Part shown: piece by piece, positions 32,130 to 41,543 of the stretch | Layout of the letters: each line of letters opens with the position of its first letter | Numbering within the stretch: the stretch's first letter is position 1 | Source of the DNA: Thermoproteota archaeon | GTDB lineage: Archaea; Korarchaeota; Korarchaeia; B14-G2 | NCBI GenBank assembly: GCA_003661385.1 | Contig: QMWA01000002.1 | Span: forward strand, 1 to 46,451 | Direction: 5' to 3' | Length of the DNA: 46,451 bases | Made by a program: the position numbers and the translations under genes | The notes under the pieces: generated by a model | Databases searched by the model: none | What the model saw: the letters and a program-made list of their open reading frames with translations, nothing else | Told to the model about the DNA's origin: nothing

Positions 32130-32976
32130 GGCTACTCACCGCAGATGAAAGCTGATCCACCAGAGAGGAAACTGTCAGGGCTTTGATCGGCAGCTTAATC
32201 CCAAGCTCCTCAAGCTTCAGCTGAAGCTGCACTACACGCGGCGTCGATACCCCAAGAGAACTCAAGTTCGAATCAAATAGCACTTCCTCTGGTGGCCCGT
32301 CTCGCACAAGCTGACCCTCGCTGAAAACCAGGATCCTGGTAGCTAAAGGAGTGAAGACATCAAGCCTATGCTCTACTATCACAATGGTGGTCTCCATCTC
32401 TCTTAGCTGGCTTAGCATTAGAGCAAGCTGGAGAGCGCTCATTGGATCTAACTCAGCAGTAGGCTCATCTAGGACAAGAAGAAGCGGCCGCATAGCGACC
32501 ACAGCTGCTAGAGCTGTCCTCTGCTTCTCTCCACCAGATAGCTTGTATGGGGGGACATCACGTAGGCGGTCGAGGCCAAAGTACTTCAGTATGAACTCTG
32601 TTCTCTTGATTATCTCCTCCCTTGGAAGGCCTAGGTTCTCAAGGCCAAAAGCTATCTCCCTCTCTACTGAAAGAGAGACCAGCTGGTTATCAGGATTCTG
32701 AAACACCAAGCCCACATCCTTAGAGAGAACATACACGGGAATCGTCCTAGTGTCAACTCCATTAATGAAAACACAACCCGAGAACTCACCTTCATAGAAG
32801 TGAGGGATTAAGCCGTTTAGGAGCCTGCAGAACGTCGACTTCCCTGAGCCGCTTGCACCTGTGACCAGTACCACTTCTCCTCTCTTAATTTGCAAACTCA
32901 CGTCTACTATGGCAGGAGCGCTGCTTCCAGCATACTTGAATGTAACATTCTGGATGTCAACTATAGGCTCTGGCAT
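32116..32976 (-). CDS. ecfA: ECF transporter ATPase EcfA (A1)
   Basis: Walker A GASGSGKST, signature LSGGEKQR, Walker B LVLDEPT. Confidence 0.9.
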   Translation of the reverse strand: MPEPIVDIQNVTFKYAGSSAPAIVDVSLQIKRGEVVLVTGASGSGKSTFCRLLNGLIPHFYEGEFSGCVFINGVDTRTIPVYVLSKDVGLVFQNPDNQLVSLSVEREIAFGLENLGLPREEIIKRTEFILKYFGLDRLRDVPPYKLSGGEKQRTALAAVVAMRPLLLVLDEPTAELDPMSALQLALMLSQLREMETTIVIVEHRLDVFTPLATRILVFSEGQLVRDGPPEEVLFDSNLSSLGVSTPRVVQLQLKLEELGIKLPIKALTVSSLVDQLSSAVSSLDLR

Positions 32977-33047
32977 GCATAGCTCAACACTTAAGTGTCC
33001 ATCATGTACCTATTTTTAACCTAATCCAAGCGCGGTGAGAGGAGAGC

Positions 33048-33638
33048 ATGTCCTCAAGAAAAAGGGGGAAGAGAAGGATACCGAAGCAGTGGATGCCTGT
33101 CATTGCTTTAGATGTGTTTAAGGGTAAGACAATAGGCACAGTCCTTGTAGGGAAGCCAAAGTCCGCTGTGGGCAGGATCCTAGAGGTTACCCTCAGAGAT
33201 TTGACTGGAAGCTTTGAACATGAGAAATACAAGCTTTACTACAGGATAACAGAAGCCAAAGACAGCACAGTTTATGGAAGATTCTGTAAAGCGGCGATAA
33301 GCCGAGATTTTAGGGCATCGATGATAAGGAGGAGAAGCAGCTTGGTAGAGCTGTTCGTCGATTCTAAGACGAGCGATGAGATCCCAGTGAGGCACTTCCA
33401 CACCATAGTAACTAGGTACAGGATCCGAACCAGCATGAAGAAGGCAATAAGGAAGCTTGTCTCAGAGAAGCTGCTAGAGATAATCCCAACACTGACTCTA
33501 GAGGAGTACATAAAGTCAGTGCTCTTCGGCAGCCCAGTCAAGCTAAATGAAGAACTTGCACAGGTCTCCAGGAAGATATGCCCCATAAAGAACGTTGATC
33601 TAAGGAAGCTGCTGAGAACAGACATGATAAGAAGGTAG
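33048..33638 (+). CDS. rps3ae: 30S ribosomal protein S3Ae (eS1)
   Basis: WMPVIALDVFKGKTIGTVLV...GRILEVTLRDLTG. A TATA-like CTATTTTTAAC sits about 30 nt upstream. Confidence 0.85.
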   Translation: MSSRKRGKRRIPKQWMPVIALDVFKGKTIGTVLVGKPKSAVGRILEVTLRDLTGSFEHEKYKLYYRITEAKDSTVYGRFCKAAISRDFRASMIRRRSSLVELFVDSKTSDEIPVRHFHTIVTRYRIRTSMKKAIRKLVSEKLLEIIPTLTLEEYIKSVLFGSPVKLNEELAQVSRKICPIKNVDLRKLLRTDMIRR

Positions 33639-33644
33639 TCCTGT

Positions 33645-34649
33645 GTGGAGGCAGTAGTGCTGGCAGCAGGAATAGGCAAAAGACTGAGGCCTATAACACT
33701 TAGTAGGCCAAAGGTCATGATAGAAATCGCTGGAAAGCCCATACTAGAGCACAACCTGGAGGCTCTCAAATCAATAGGAGTAGATAGAGTGGTTGTTGTA
33801 GTAGGCTATAAGGCAGCAGACATCATCAGATATTTTAGCAGAAAGGAGGAATGGAAAAGAATCGAGTTCATAGTACAGGAGAAACAGCTTGGAACAGGTC
33901 ACGCGCTAGCATGTGCGCAAGAAAAACTGAGAGAAGACGCCACAATAGTCTACTATGGTGATGTCTTGGCAGATATACAGTCATTATGCAAGTTTGCTGA
34001 CAAGGCATCCAGCGGAGAGGCTGCTATAGCAGTCTACGAGGTGGAAAGGCCATGGGAGTATGGTGTATGCATTATAAGAGGGGGGGAGCTGGCAGGAATC
34101 GTAGAAAAACCCAGACCAGGGGAAGCTCCAGGAAAGCATGTTTTCGCTGGAATAGTGGTTGCAGACAAGCAGATCATTAGCAAGCTAAGGGAGCTTAAGC
34201 CATCTAAGAGGGGGGAGATCGAGCTCACAGATGCACTCATCAAGGCAGCATACAGCACTAGAATAGAGGCTATAAAGCTAGACAAATGGGTGGATATTGG
34301 CAGAGCACATAACCTCATAAAGTCCATTGAGATCATAGCTGAGAACACGGAATACAAGGGATTTGATAGAGGTAGAGTAGCATATGTAGACAGCGAAGCA
34401 GATGTCAAGGGAGAGATAGGCCCCCTAGTATCTATATCAGAGGGGGCATACGTCGGAGAGGGCAGCACCATAAGGCGAGCAGTTGTTTTAAAGTACAGCA
34501 GCATAGGCGCCTCGTGCCTAATAGAGAACACCGTCATCGGTGAGAGGGCTCATATATCAGCCAACTGCAAGCTAATAGGGAGAGAAGACAGTGCTCTGAT
34601 AGTTGGAGACGAGAGCAAGCTGGGCAGCAATACCCATATTAGAGTATAA
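33645..34649 (+). CDS. sugar-1-phosphate nucleotidylyltransferase with C-terminal left-handed beta-helix
   Basis: VLAAGIGKRLRPITLSRPKVMIEIAGKPILEH, with hexapeptide-like repeats at the C-terminus. GTG start. Confidence 0.8.
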   Translation: MEAVVLAAGIGKRLRPITLSRPKVMIEIAGKPILEHNLEALKSIGVDRVVVVVGYKAADIIRYFSRKEEWKRIEFIVQEKQLGTGHALACAQEKLREDATIVYYGDVLADIQSLCKFADKASSGEAAIAVYEVERPWEYGVCIIRGGELAGIVEKPRPGEAPGKHVFAGIVVADKQIISKLRELKPSKRGEIELTDALIKAAYSTRIEAIKLDKWVDIGRAHNLIKSIEIIAENTEYKGFDRGRVAYVDSEADVKGEIGPLVSISEGAYVGEGSTIRRAVVLKYSSIGASCLIENTVIGERAHISANCKLIGREDSALIVGDESKLGSNTHIRV

Positions 34650-34670
34650 GGACAGAATACGGGAGCTAAG

Positions 34671-36137
34671 GTGCGAGTAGTAGTATGCTATCCAGCACCC
34701 TATAGGGTTGGGTTCAGTGGAGCAACAGTGCCGCTCTTGTATAGCTTATTTGAAGCACAAGGTGTAGAATGTGAGCTTGCCTTCCTAGATACGATACCAG
34801 TTAGCTTAGAAGGCAAGAGAAACCTAAGGGACTTTGACATCATAGCGTTTACTGTGCAGTATGAGTGGGAGTACGTGAACCTCGTCAAGATGCTGTTAGC
34901 CTCTGGGATAAAGCCCACTAAGCCCAGGAAAGGGCCTATCATAGTTGGTGGAGGGCCCTGCATCACCTCGAATCCCGAGCCTCTAGCAAACATACTCGAT
35001 GTAGCTGTGGTGGGAGACGCTGAGGAAGCCATTCCCAGGCTATGTGAAGCTGCTGCCGAGGGACTAAGCGGAATTGATTCACTCATGGGAGAGGAAGGAT
35101 TCTATTTTTTCAGCGAGAAGTGTAGGAGAGCTGTCTCGAGCGAGATAGCTGAGGCCAAGCTCCCCAGCGTGGCATCTGAGAGGATAGAAGCTACAGTCTA
35201 TGGGAGAGCAGCTAGAGTAGAAGTGGTCCGAGGATGCCCTATGCTCTGCAGATACTGCCTCATCGGGTGGACAGCTAAGCCCTATAGGGAAAAGCCCATA
35301 GAAAAAGCTATATCGGAGATAAGAGAGCAGGCAGAGAGCGTACAGGCCAAAAAGGCTGTGCTAATCGGAGCCGGGCTGACATTCTACAGCAGATTTGAGG
35401 AAATCTGTGAGAGAATAGGGACGCTGGGAGTAGAGGGGAGCATGGCTTCCATTAGACCAGAGCTCATAAACAGAGAGAAGCTGATAGCTATGAGAAGACT
35501 TGGCCAGAAAACTCTCACAATGGGTGTTGAAACAGGGTCAGACAAGCTTAGGGACGCCATTGGAAGAGGAGGTAGCTCCGAGGACGTGCTGGCGGCGGTT
35601 CAAGAAGCTGTAGAAGCTGGCTTCAGCAAGGTGAAGGTGTACCTGCTGGTTGGTTTGCCCGGGGAGAGAGAGGAAGATCTAGCTGAGACAGCCAAGCTTG
35701 TTGAGGAAATTAGAAGGCTAAATGTCAGAGTGCAGGCTTCAATAAACCCGCTTATACCGAAGGCCCATACACCATCTCAGTACTGGGGCTTTATCGGCTA
35801 TAGGGAGGCCAGCGTGAGAGCTAGGAAGCTAGCAGCTATGCTGAGGAAGGTAGGCGTGAAAGCAGCACCTGGCATAAGCCCCTCTGAGGCAACCATACAG
35901 GCAATGCTCTCACTGGGAGGAAGGGAGCTGGGGGACATGATAGTGAAGGCTGCTGAAGCTGGTAGGGGAGCAGGAGGATGGAGGAGGGTTCTAAGAGCAT
36001 ACGGGATCAAGCTTGAAGAAATCAAGCCCAAAGTAGATGTAGGAGAGGAAGCCCCATGGGACAGGATAGATGTCGGAGGCACAGAAAAGCTAGTGCTGAA
36101 GGAGTACTATGAGAGCATGAATGCCCTCAGGACCTAG
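34671..36137 (+). CDS. radical SAM protein with N-terminal B12-binding-like domain
   Basis: VVRGCPMLCRYCLIGW (CxxxCxxC). Confidence 0.75.
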   Translation: MRVVVCYPAPYRVGFSGATVPLLYSLFEAQGVECELAFLDTIPVSLEGKRNLRDFDIIAFTVQYEWEYVNLVKMLLASGIKPTKPRKGPIIVGGGPCITSNPEPLANILDVAVVGDAEEAIPRLCEAAAEGLSGIDSLMGEEGFYFFSEKCRRAVSSEIAEAKLPSVASERIEATVYGRAARVEVVRGCPMLCRYCLIGWTAKPYREKPIEKAISEIREQAESVQAKKAVLIGAGLTFYSRFEEICERIGTLGVEGSMASIRPELINREKLIAMRRLGQKTLTMGVETGSDKLRDAIGRGGSSEDVLAAVQEAVEAGFSKVKVYLLVGLPGEREEDLAETAKLVEEIRRLNVRVQASINPLIPKAHTPSQYWGFIGYREASVRARKLAAMLRKVGVKAAPGISPSEATIQAMLSLGGRELGDMIVKAAEAGRGAGGWRRVLRAYGIKLEEIKPKVDVGEEAPWDRIDVGGTEKLVLKEYYESMNALRT

Positions 36138-37332
36138 CGACTATCTTCACCACAGCACCTGATGGAAGCGGCTCTGTCGACGGGAGCCTAACTTTCCTTA
36201 GCACATCAATCGCGTGCTTAAATGACTCACCTATCTCACTGTGTATGGCGTATGCTAGGTCTATTGGAGTAGCCCCGGGAGGCATGAGATAGACATCAGG
36301 CAGCACCCTTCCCTCCTGGTCGGATAACTTGCCTTCATTCTCCACAGGGAACACAGGCTTATACCCAAGTACATCGAATACAAGAGACTCCAACGCCTGC
36401 TGTACACCTGTGCTCCCGTAGACATCTAACACCATCCTTTTAACAGCCTTAAGCGCAGCCGCTTGAGCTGGAGTAAGCCTCGAGTGGTCCAGTATCTTGA
36501 AGGAGCTAGCACCAGGAAGGTAATCTATCAGCCCTTCTGATGAAGCCTTCTTCAATATGAGCTCAGCTTCGGCTGAAGTCGGGACGACCACATACCTCCC
36601 AGCCATAAGGCTCCTAAGCCGCTCTATGTTCCTCCTAGCAGAGGGCATGTCAGCCTTATTAGCCGCAACGACCATCGGCATGCATAGCCCCCTTAGAGCC
36701 CTGGAGAAGCTTAGTATGCTGTCATCATCCCATGTTGCTACAGCCTTCAAGTCTAGCTTAGCTCTAGCAGCAGCCTCAAGCACGCTAGACTTATCAACAG
36801 ACAAGCCAGACAACTGCGTTGCAAGCACCTGAGCCGCTTCAGCTACCGACTTTGGGGGGATGCGCCTCAGCTTGTGCATTGCCTTCTCCACTATAGAAGC
36901 CACCCAATACACAAGCTCCTCTTCAACAAGCTCCACATCTCCCTCGGGGGGATATGACCCCGGCTGAGCAGGCTCTCCATCAGGGCTGGTGGAGCCAGAG
37001 GCGTCTACCACAAGGATACTGCCAGTAGCTCTCCTGAGGTCGTCTAGGAACCTATTCCCTAGACCTCGACCTTTATGAGCTCCTGGAACTAGGCCAGCTA
37101 TGTCAAGAAGCTTAACTGGGGTAAATCTAGTTCCCCTTATACACATCCCATAGCGTGGATCACACTGAACACCTAAGTGGACACAGGGGCACTTCACCCT
37201 CACATAAGCTACACCCTCATTTGGGTTTATGGTTGTGAAAGGCCTGTTGCTGACCTCAGCTGACGCCATGCAGGCAGCATTGAAGAAGGTAGACTTCCCG
37301 ACGTTGGTCTTCCCACATACGCCGATCAGCAA
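36127..37332 (-). CDS. YchF/OLA1-family P-loop NTPase with C-terminal TGS-like domain
   Basis: GVCGKTNVGKSTFFNA, RPFTTINPNEG, LDIAGLVPGAHKGRGLGN motifs. TTG start. Confidence 0.8.
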   Translation of the reverse strand: MLIGVCGKTNVGKSTFFNAACMASAEVSNRPFTTINPNEGVAYVRVKCPCVHLGVQCDPRYGMCIRGTRFTPVKLLDIAGLVPGAHKGRGLGNRFLDDLRRATGSILVVDASGSTSPDGEPAQPGSYPPEGDVELVEEELVYWVASIVEKAMHKLRRIPPKSVAEAAQVLATQLSGLSVDKSSVLEAAARAKLDLKAVATWDDDSILSFSRALRGLCMPMVVAANKADMPSARRNIERLRSLMAGRYVVVPTSAEAELILKKASSEGLIDYLPGASSFKILDHSRLTPAQAAALKAVKRMVLDVYGSTGVQQALESLVFDVLGYKPVFPVENEGKLSDQEGRVLPDVYLMPPGATPIDLAYAIHSEIGESFKHAIDVLRKVRLPSTEPLPSGAVVKIVARS

Positions 37333-37342
37333 AAGCTCACCC

Positions 37343-37349
37343 TTTTAAA
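37343..37349. promoter_or_regulatory. palindromic TATA element between the divergent YchF-like and L15e genes
   Basis: TTTTAAA within CCTTTTAAAGT, with GGTGA(G)-type SD-like elements on both sides (37337-37342 minus strand, 37378-37382 plus strand). Confidence 0.35.
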
Positions 37350-37389
37350 GTAGAGCATGAGGGTTATATTAGCTAGTGGTGACCAAGCT

Positions 37390-37908
37390 ATGCCAACAGC
37401 GCTAGAAGCTACCTGGCGAAATAGGTTCAAGGATCCAGTGCTTGTGGAGCTATGGAGGAAAAGGCTTGCAGTCTGGAGAAAGCAGCCTGCAGTAGTCAGG
37501 CTGAAGGGGCCAACTAGACCAGATAAGGCTAGGAGGCTAGGATACAAGGCGAAGCAAGGGGTAATAGTAGTGAGAGTTAGAGTCAGGAAGGGAGGAAGAA
37601 GAAAGGGCAGGCCTAGAGCAGGAAGGAAGCCAGCTGGGCTGGGAGTAAGGAAGCTCACACCAGCTAAGAGCATAAGGTGGATTGCAGAAGAGAGAGCAGC
37701 AAGAAAGTACCCGAACCTCGAGGTTCTCAACTCTTACTACATAGCTGAGGATGGTAAGTACAAGTACTATGAGGTCATACTGGTAGACCCACACCACCCA
37801 GCTATAGCATCAGATCCCCAGCTCAACTGGATAACAAGGCCAGCACACAGAGGTAGAGTATTCAGAGGGCTTACAAGCGCGGGAAAAAAGAGCCGAGGAT
37901 TAAGGTAA
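37390..37908 (+). CDS. rpl15e: 50S ribosomal protein L15e
   Basis: [24 protein letters not shown]... The ATG at 37390 is preceded by GGTGA 7 nt upstream. The track ORF begins at 37357. Confidence 0.9.
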   Translation: MPTALEATWRNRFKDPVLVELWRKRLAVWRKQPAVVRLKGPTRPDKARRLGYKAKQGVIVVRVRVRKGGRRKGRPRAGRKPAGLGVRKLTPAKSIRWIAEERAARKYPNLEVLNSYYIAEDGKYKYYEVILVDPHHPAIASDPQLNWITRPAHRGRVFRGLTSAGKKSRGLR

Positions 37909-37909
37909 C

Positions 37910-38386
37910 ATGGCCTTTAAGCGTGCCACAATAGAGACTTATGCTTACCCAACAGAGGATCCAAGCAAGGTAAGGAAGGCCCTGCTATCCCTGATACCAG
38001 AGCACCTCAGAGAGGAAGTAAAGCTGAGACACGAGAAGCTCAGAGGGCAGTTCGGATATAGCATTGAGAAGTACACCATCACAGTGAGAGGAAGGAAAAA
38101 AGCCACTGAGGTAGCTAGAAGAATAATCCAGAGCCTGCCCAAGAAAGACCTAGAGCAGCTTCTCGAGAGAATAGACCTACATATGGATGGAGGAACCCTC
38201 TACATAAGGGTAAGCAAGCAGAAGGCACTTGAGGGAGTAATCGAACTAGAGGAAGGAGGAGACATTATAAGAGTAGTACTAGAAGGCAGCAGCAAAAGAG
38301 CAGTGATTAACGCGATCACGAGGGGAGCTCATAGAGATGAGCAGAATGAAAGGTGCCCTGATAGGATTATACGCCAGAGACTCTAA
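37910..38386 (+). CDS. exosome-superoperon RNA-binding protein (DUF54/COG1325)
   Basis: ETYAYPTEDPSKVRKALLSL N-terminal signature, in the conserved position before Rpp30. Confidence 0.65.
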   Translation: MAFKRATIETYAYPTEDPSKVRKALLSLIPEHLREEVKLRHEKLRGQFGYSIEKYTITVRGRKKATEVARRIIQSLPKKDLEQLLERIDLHMDGGTLYIRVSKQKALEGVIELEEGGDIIRVVLEGSSKRAVINAITRGAHRDEQNERCPDRIIRQRL

Positions 38387-39029
38387 GAGGATAGTAGAGC
38401 TTGCCGGCGAAGCAACAAACCTGGGGTATTCCATAGTGGCAGTGATGGCTAATACTGCAGGCTCGCTTAAAGTACTCAGAGAAGCACTGCCTGAAAGCAA
38501 GCACATAAAGCTTGGAGCCCACATAGCTTGTGTAGAAGACTGGAGGACAGAGATAGGAGAGGCCAGGAGATATGCTGACATAATAGTTGCAGAGCCTAAA
38601 AGCCTCCAAAGCTGTAGAGCTGCAACAAGCCATAGGGGAATCGACCTGATAGCTCTCAGGGTAGCGGAGAGGAAGCTGTACTTTGACGACGTCTCAGCTA
38701 GGCAAGCACAAGAAAGAGGAGCTGCAGTAATAGTGTATGTATCAGATCTATGGGGCAAGGGAACTAGAGAACTCCAATATGGCCTCAGGGTCCTGAAAAC
38801 TGAGCTTAAAATAGCATCAACTAGAAGGGTACCGGTGCTCCTGGGAGCGGAGGTGAGAACTCGCTGGGACCTCCGGAGCCCTAGAGTGCTCATGGCTTTA
38901 GCTACTGTGATGCTTAACTTGGATCCGCCGATGGCAGCCAATGCAATAACAGTATTCCCGAGGGTTATGTTGGAGAGAGGAAGGGAGCTGGCCTTGCTCA
39001 AGGTCAGGGGGGTCAGGGCTGCGGGCTAA
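38337..39029 (+). CDS. rnp3: RNase P protein component Rpp30 (Rnp3)
   Basis: TIM-barrel-like pattern (ATNLGYSIVAV, DIIVAEP, IDLIAL). Superoperon position. Confidence 0.7.
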   Translation: MSRMKGALIGLYARDSKRIVELAGEATNLGYSIVAVMANTAGSLKVLREALPESKHIKLGAHIACVEDWRTEIGEARRYADIIVAEPKSLQSCRAATSHRGIDLIALRVAERKLYFDDVSARQAQERGAAVIVYVSDLWGKGTRELQYGLRVLKTELKIASTRRVPVLLGAEVRTRWDLRSPRVLMALATVMLNLDPPMAANAITVFPRVMLERGRELALLKVRGVRAAG

Positions 39030-39405
39030 GATCCCGATCAAGGCTAGGTGGAGAAGAAGATACATCCTCTTCAGGTACCTCGGAAAGCAGACAATAACCA
39101 CGAGAGAACTCAGCAGCCTCCTTTACAGCACAGCCCTGAGAGTAGGGGGAGTAACTATGCTATCAAGCAGCATACTAGAGCTAATTTACTTCGAGCAGGA
39201 CACTGGACTGGGAGTTCTGATGACAGACCACAAGAGCCTAGACTATGCCCTATGCACAATGGGGCTCATATCAGAGTATAGGGGATCTAGATGCAGACTG
39301 GACATAGCTAAGATAGGAAACACATTGAGATCGCTAGGGCTGAGCATAGAGCAGCTTAAGGCAGCAGCTAAGGCAGCAGCTAGGCTGGCGTTGCAGCTTC
39401 AGTAG
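39019..39405 (+). CDS. rnp2: RNase P protein component Pop5 (Rnp2); start codon unresolved
   Basis: The frame reads ...LRAKIPIKARWRRRYILFRYLG...GLGVLMTDHK...IGNTLRSL. The conserved RYILF strand lies upstream of the first canonical start (ATG 39157). There is no ATG, GTG or TTG in frame between 38950 and 39157. Confidence 0.55.
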   Translation: MRAKIPIKARWRRRYILFRYLGKQTITTRELSSLLYSTALRVGGVTMLSSSILELIYFEQDTGLGVLMTDHKSLDYALCTMGLISEYRGSRCRLDIAKIGNTLRSLGLSIEQLKAAAKAAARLALQLQ

Positions 39406-39459
39406 GCTTTTAAATGGCATAGCATACTACTTCAGCTAGCGGAGTGAGAGGTGAACCAT

Positions 39460-40170
39460 GTGTTCCCAATGGCAGGAGGATACGACAGGGCAATAACCGT
39501 CTTCAACCCAGAGGGTAGGCTTCTACAGGTAGAGTACGCTCTGACTGCAACCAAGCAGTCAGCCATATGCTTCGGGATGAAGTGTATAGATGGGGTCATA
39601 CTTGGCGCAAGAAAGGGTGTTACCTCACCGCTAATGGAGGAAGCTGAGAAAGTCTTCAAGATAGACGAACACATAGGAGCAGTCTTCGCAGGGCTCAGAA
39701 GCGACGGAAGAGTGCTAGTGGCAAGAGGGAGGCTGGAGGCGCAGATAAACAGGCTTACATTCGGTGAGCCAATAACAGTAGAGGCTTTAGCAAACAGGAT
39801 AGCAGAGTATGAGCAAGTACACACCCAGTATGCTGGATCCAGGCCATTTGGGGTTCTAATGATAATAGGGGGAGTGGATACAAAGCCCAGGCTCATGATG
39901 ACACACCTAAGCGGCTTTTACCTCCCATATAAGGCTTATGCTGTTGGTATGGGCAGCCAGACAGCTAGACAAGTCTTCGAGGAGGAATACAGAGACGACA
40001 TGAACATAGACGACGGGATGAAGCTAGCCATAAAAGCGGTGCAGAAAGCAGCTGAGAAGAAGGTCCCACCAGACGACCTTGAGATAGCGGTGATCAGAGT
40101 AGAGGACAAGAAGTTCACGAGATTGACACCGGAGGAGGTGAAGAAGTACTTTAGAGCAGCAGGGTACTGA
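39460..40170 (+). CDS. psmA: proteasome subunit alpha
   Basis: YDRAITVFNPEGRLLQVEYA. Possible starts are GTG 39451, GTG 39460 or ATG 39469; GGTGA at 39448-39452 favours 39460. Confidence 0.9.
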   Translation: MFPMAGGYDRAITVFNPEGRLLQVEYALTATKQSAICFGMKCIDGVILGARKGVTSPLMEEAEKVFKIDEHIGAVFAGLRSDGRVLVARGRLEAQINRLTFGEPITVEALANRIAEYEQVHTQYAGSRPFGVLMIIGGVDTKPRLMMTHLSGFYLPYKAYAVGMGSQTARQVFEEEYRDDMNIDDGMKLAIKAVQKAAEKKVPPDDLEIAVIRVEDKKFTRLTPEEVKKYFRAAGY

Positions 40171-40180
40171 GGGGGCGCTT

Positions 40181-40858
40181 GTGACAGAAGCCATAATCGC
40201 TAGAATCAGGAGAGGAAGACACCGCTTCGAGATACTTGTGAAGCCAAATGAAGCCTACAAGGTGCTAGAGAGGAAGCCAGTGGACATAAAGGAGGCTCTA
40301 GTGGCTGAGATAGTATACAAGGATTCCAAAAAGGGGATCCAAGCCTCCCAAAGCGAGCTCAAAGAAGGCTTCGGCACAGATGACATCTACAAGATAGCAG
40401 AGACCATACTCAAAAAAGGAGAAATACAGATAACAACAGAGTATAGAAGAGAGCTTATCGAAAGAAGAAAGAGGCAGATAATCGACTATCTGTGCACTTA
40501 TAGCGTAGACCCGAGGACAAACAAGCCACACCCAAGAGCGAGGATAGAGAAAGCACTGGAGCAAGCTAAAGTCAGGATAGACCCATTTAAACCAGCAGAA
40601 GAGCAGGTAAAAGACATACTGCCAGCACTATCCCAGGTGATACCCCTTAAGGTAGGCAGGACAGTGATTAAAGCCAGGTTCCCAGCCTCAACAGCAGCCA
40701 AAGCCAGAGGAATCTTAGGCAGGTACGGTGATGTAAGGTTTGAGGAATGGCTAGAAGACGGAAGCCTGCAGCTAGAGGTGGAGATCCCATCAGGGCTCTC
40801 AACCAAGGTAATAGAGCTGGTAAGTAAGATGAACGGTGAGATAATCCATGCCAAGTAG
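40181..40858 (+). CDS. sdo1: SBDS/Sdo1 ribosome maturation protein
   Basis: ARIRRGRHRFEILVKPNEAYK N-terminal FYSH domain. GTG start. Confidence 0.9.
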   Translation: MTEAIIARIRRGRHRFEILVKPNEAYKVLERKPVDIKEALVAEIVYKDSKKGIQASQSELKEGFGTDDIYKIAETILKKGEIQITTEYRRELIERRKRQIIDYLCTYSVDPRTNKPHPRARIEKALEQAKVRIDPFKPAEEQVKDILPALSQVIPLKVGRTVIKARFPASTAAKARGILGRYGDVRFEEWLEDGSLQLEVEIPSGLSTKVIELVSKMNGEIIHAK

Positions 40859-41543
40859 CAGAAAAATCCTCTTCGAGAACAGGAGCATAGTAGTGCCAGG
40901 CGAGGTTGTAGCGATCGGAAACTACAAGCTGAGCACAGGAGTATTCAGAGAAAGAGATGCCGTGAAAGCAAGCAAAGTAGGGCTACTAGACGTCAAAGGA
41001 GATAAGATAGGTGTGATCCCCCTTGAAGGAAGCTATATACCATCAGTAGGCGACGAGGTGATAGGAAAGGTCATAGATGAAGGAGTAAACATGTACCTAG
41101 TAGAGATTAAAGCCCCCTACAATGGAGTCCTACTCAAGAAGATCCAGCCAGATAAGCCTACTAAAGGAGAGCTAAGGATAGGAGAGACAGTAATGGCTAA
41201 AATCATAAGGTTTGATAGGGGAGCCAACCCGCTCCTGAGCATAGACGGGCCAGGGCTAGGTCCACTTAGAAAAGGCATGATACTTGAGGTAGAGCCCAGC
41301 AAGGTCCCAAGGATAATAGGAAAGAAGGGATCAATGATAAAGATGCTCAAGGAGCTAACTGGCTGCGATATAAGAGTAGGAAGAAATGGGCTAGTATGGG
41401 TGTCCTGCAAAGACCCCAGGATCCTAGCGGTCTTAGCTAAGGCCATAAGAAAGATAGAGCTGGAATCACATGTCTCAGGTCTAAGCGACAGAGTTAAAGC
41501 AATGCTCGAAGAGGAGTTAACTAAGGTGAGAGAGGGGAGCTAG
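40848..41543 (+). CDS. rrp4: exosome complex RNA-binding subunit Rrp4 (S1 + KH)
   Basis: VVPGEVVA, S1 domain GDEVIGKVID, KH domain IIGKKGSMIKML. Confidence 0.9.
   Translation: MPSSRKILFENRSIVVPGEVVAIGNYKLSTGVFRERDAVKASKVGLLDVKGDKIGVIPLEGSYIPSVGDEVIGKVIDEGVNMYLVEIKAPYNGVLLKKIQPDKPTKGELRIGETVMAKIIRFDRGANPLLSIDGPGLGPLRKGMILEVEPSKVPRIIGKKGSMIKMLKELTGCDIRVGRNGLVWVSCKDPRILAVLAKAIRKIELESHVSGLSDRVKAMLEEELTKVREGS

Noticed and set aside
38279-39001. A 240-codon ORF antisense to Rpp30. Similar long antisense ORFs occur at 42393-43109, 44153-44722, 33272-33769, 34034-34537, 20985-21419, 5744-6061 and 41117-41446.
   Set aside because: Their translations are Ser/Leu/Ala-rich and low in complexity, with no recognisable motifs. 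Each lies entirely opposite a gene with strong family signatures. They are shadow ORFs produced by the purine-rich codon bias of the sense strands.
38998-39051. A 40-nt spliceable segment between the near-repeats TCAAGGTCAGG and TCAAGGCTAGG, which would fuse Rpp30 to Pop5 in frame.
   Set aside because: None of the seven equivalent cut positions gives a 4-bp central helix or bulges, so there is no BHB. It would also delete the conserved IPIK segment of Pop5. It is kept only as a remark under the Pop5 start-codon finding.
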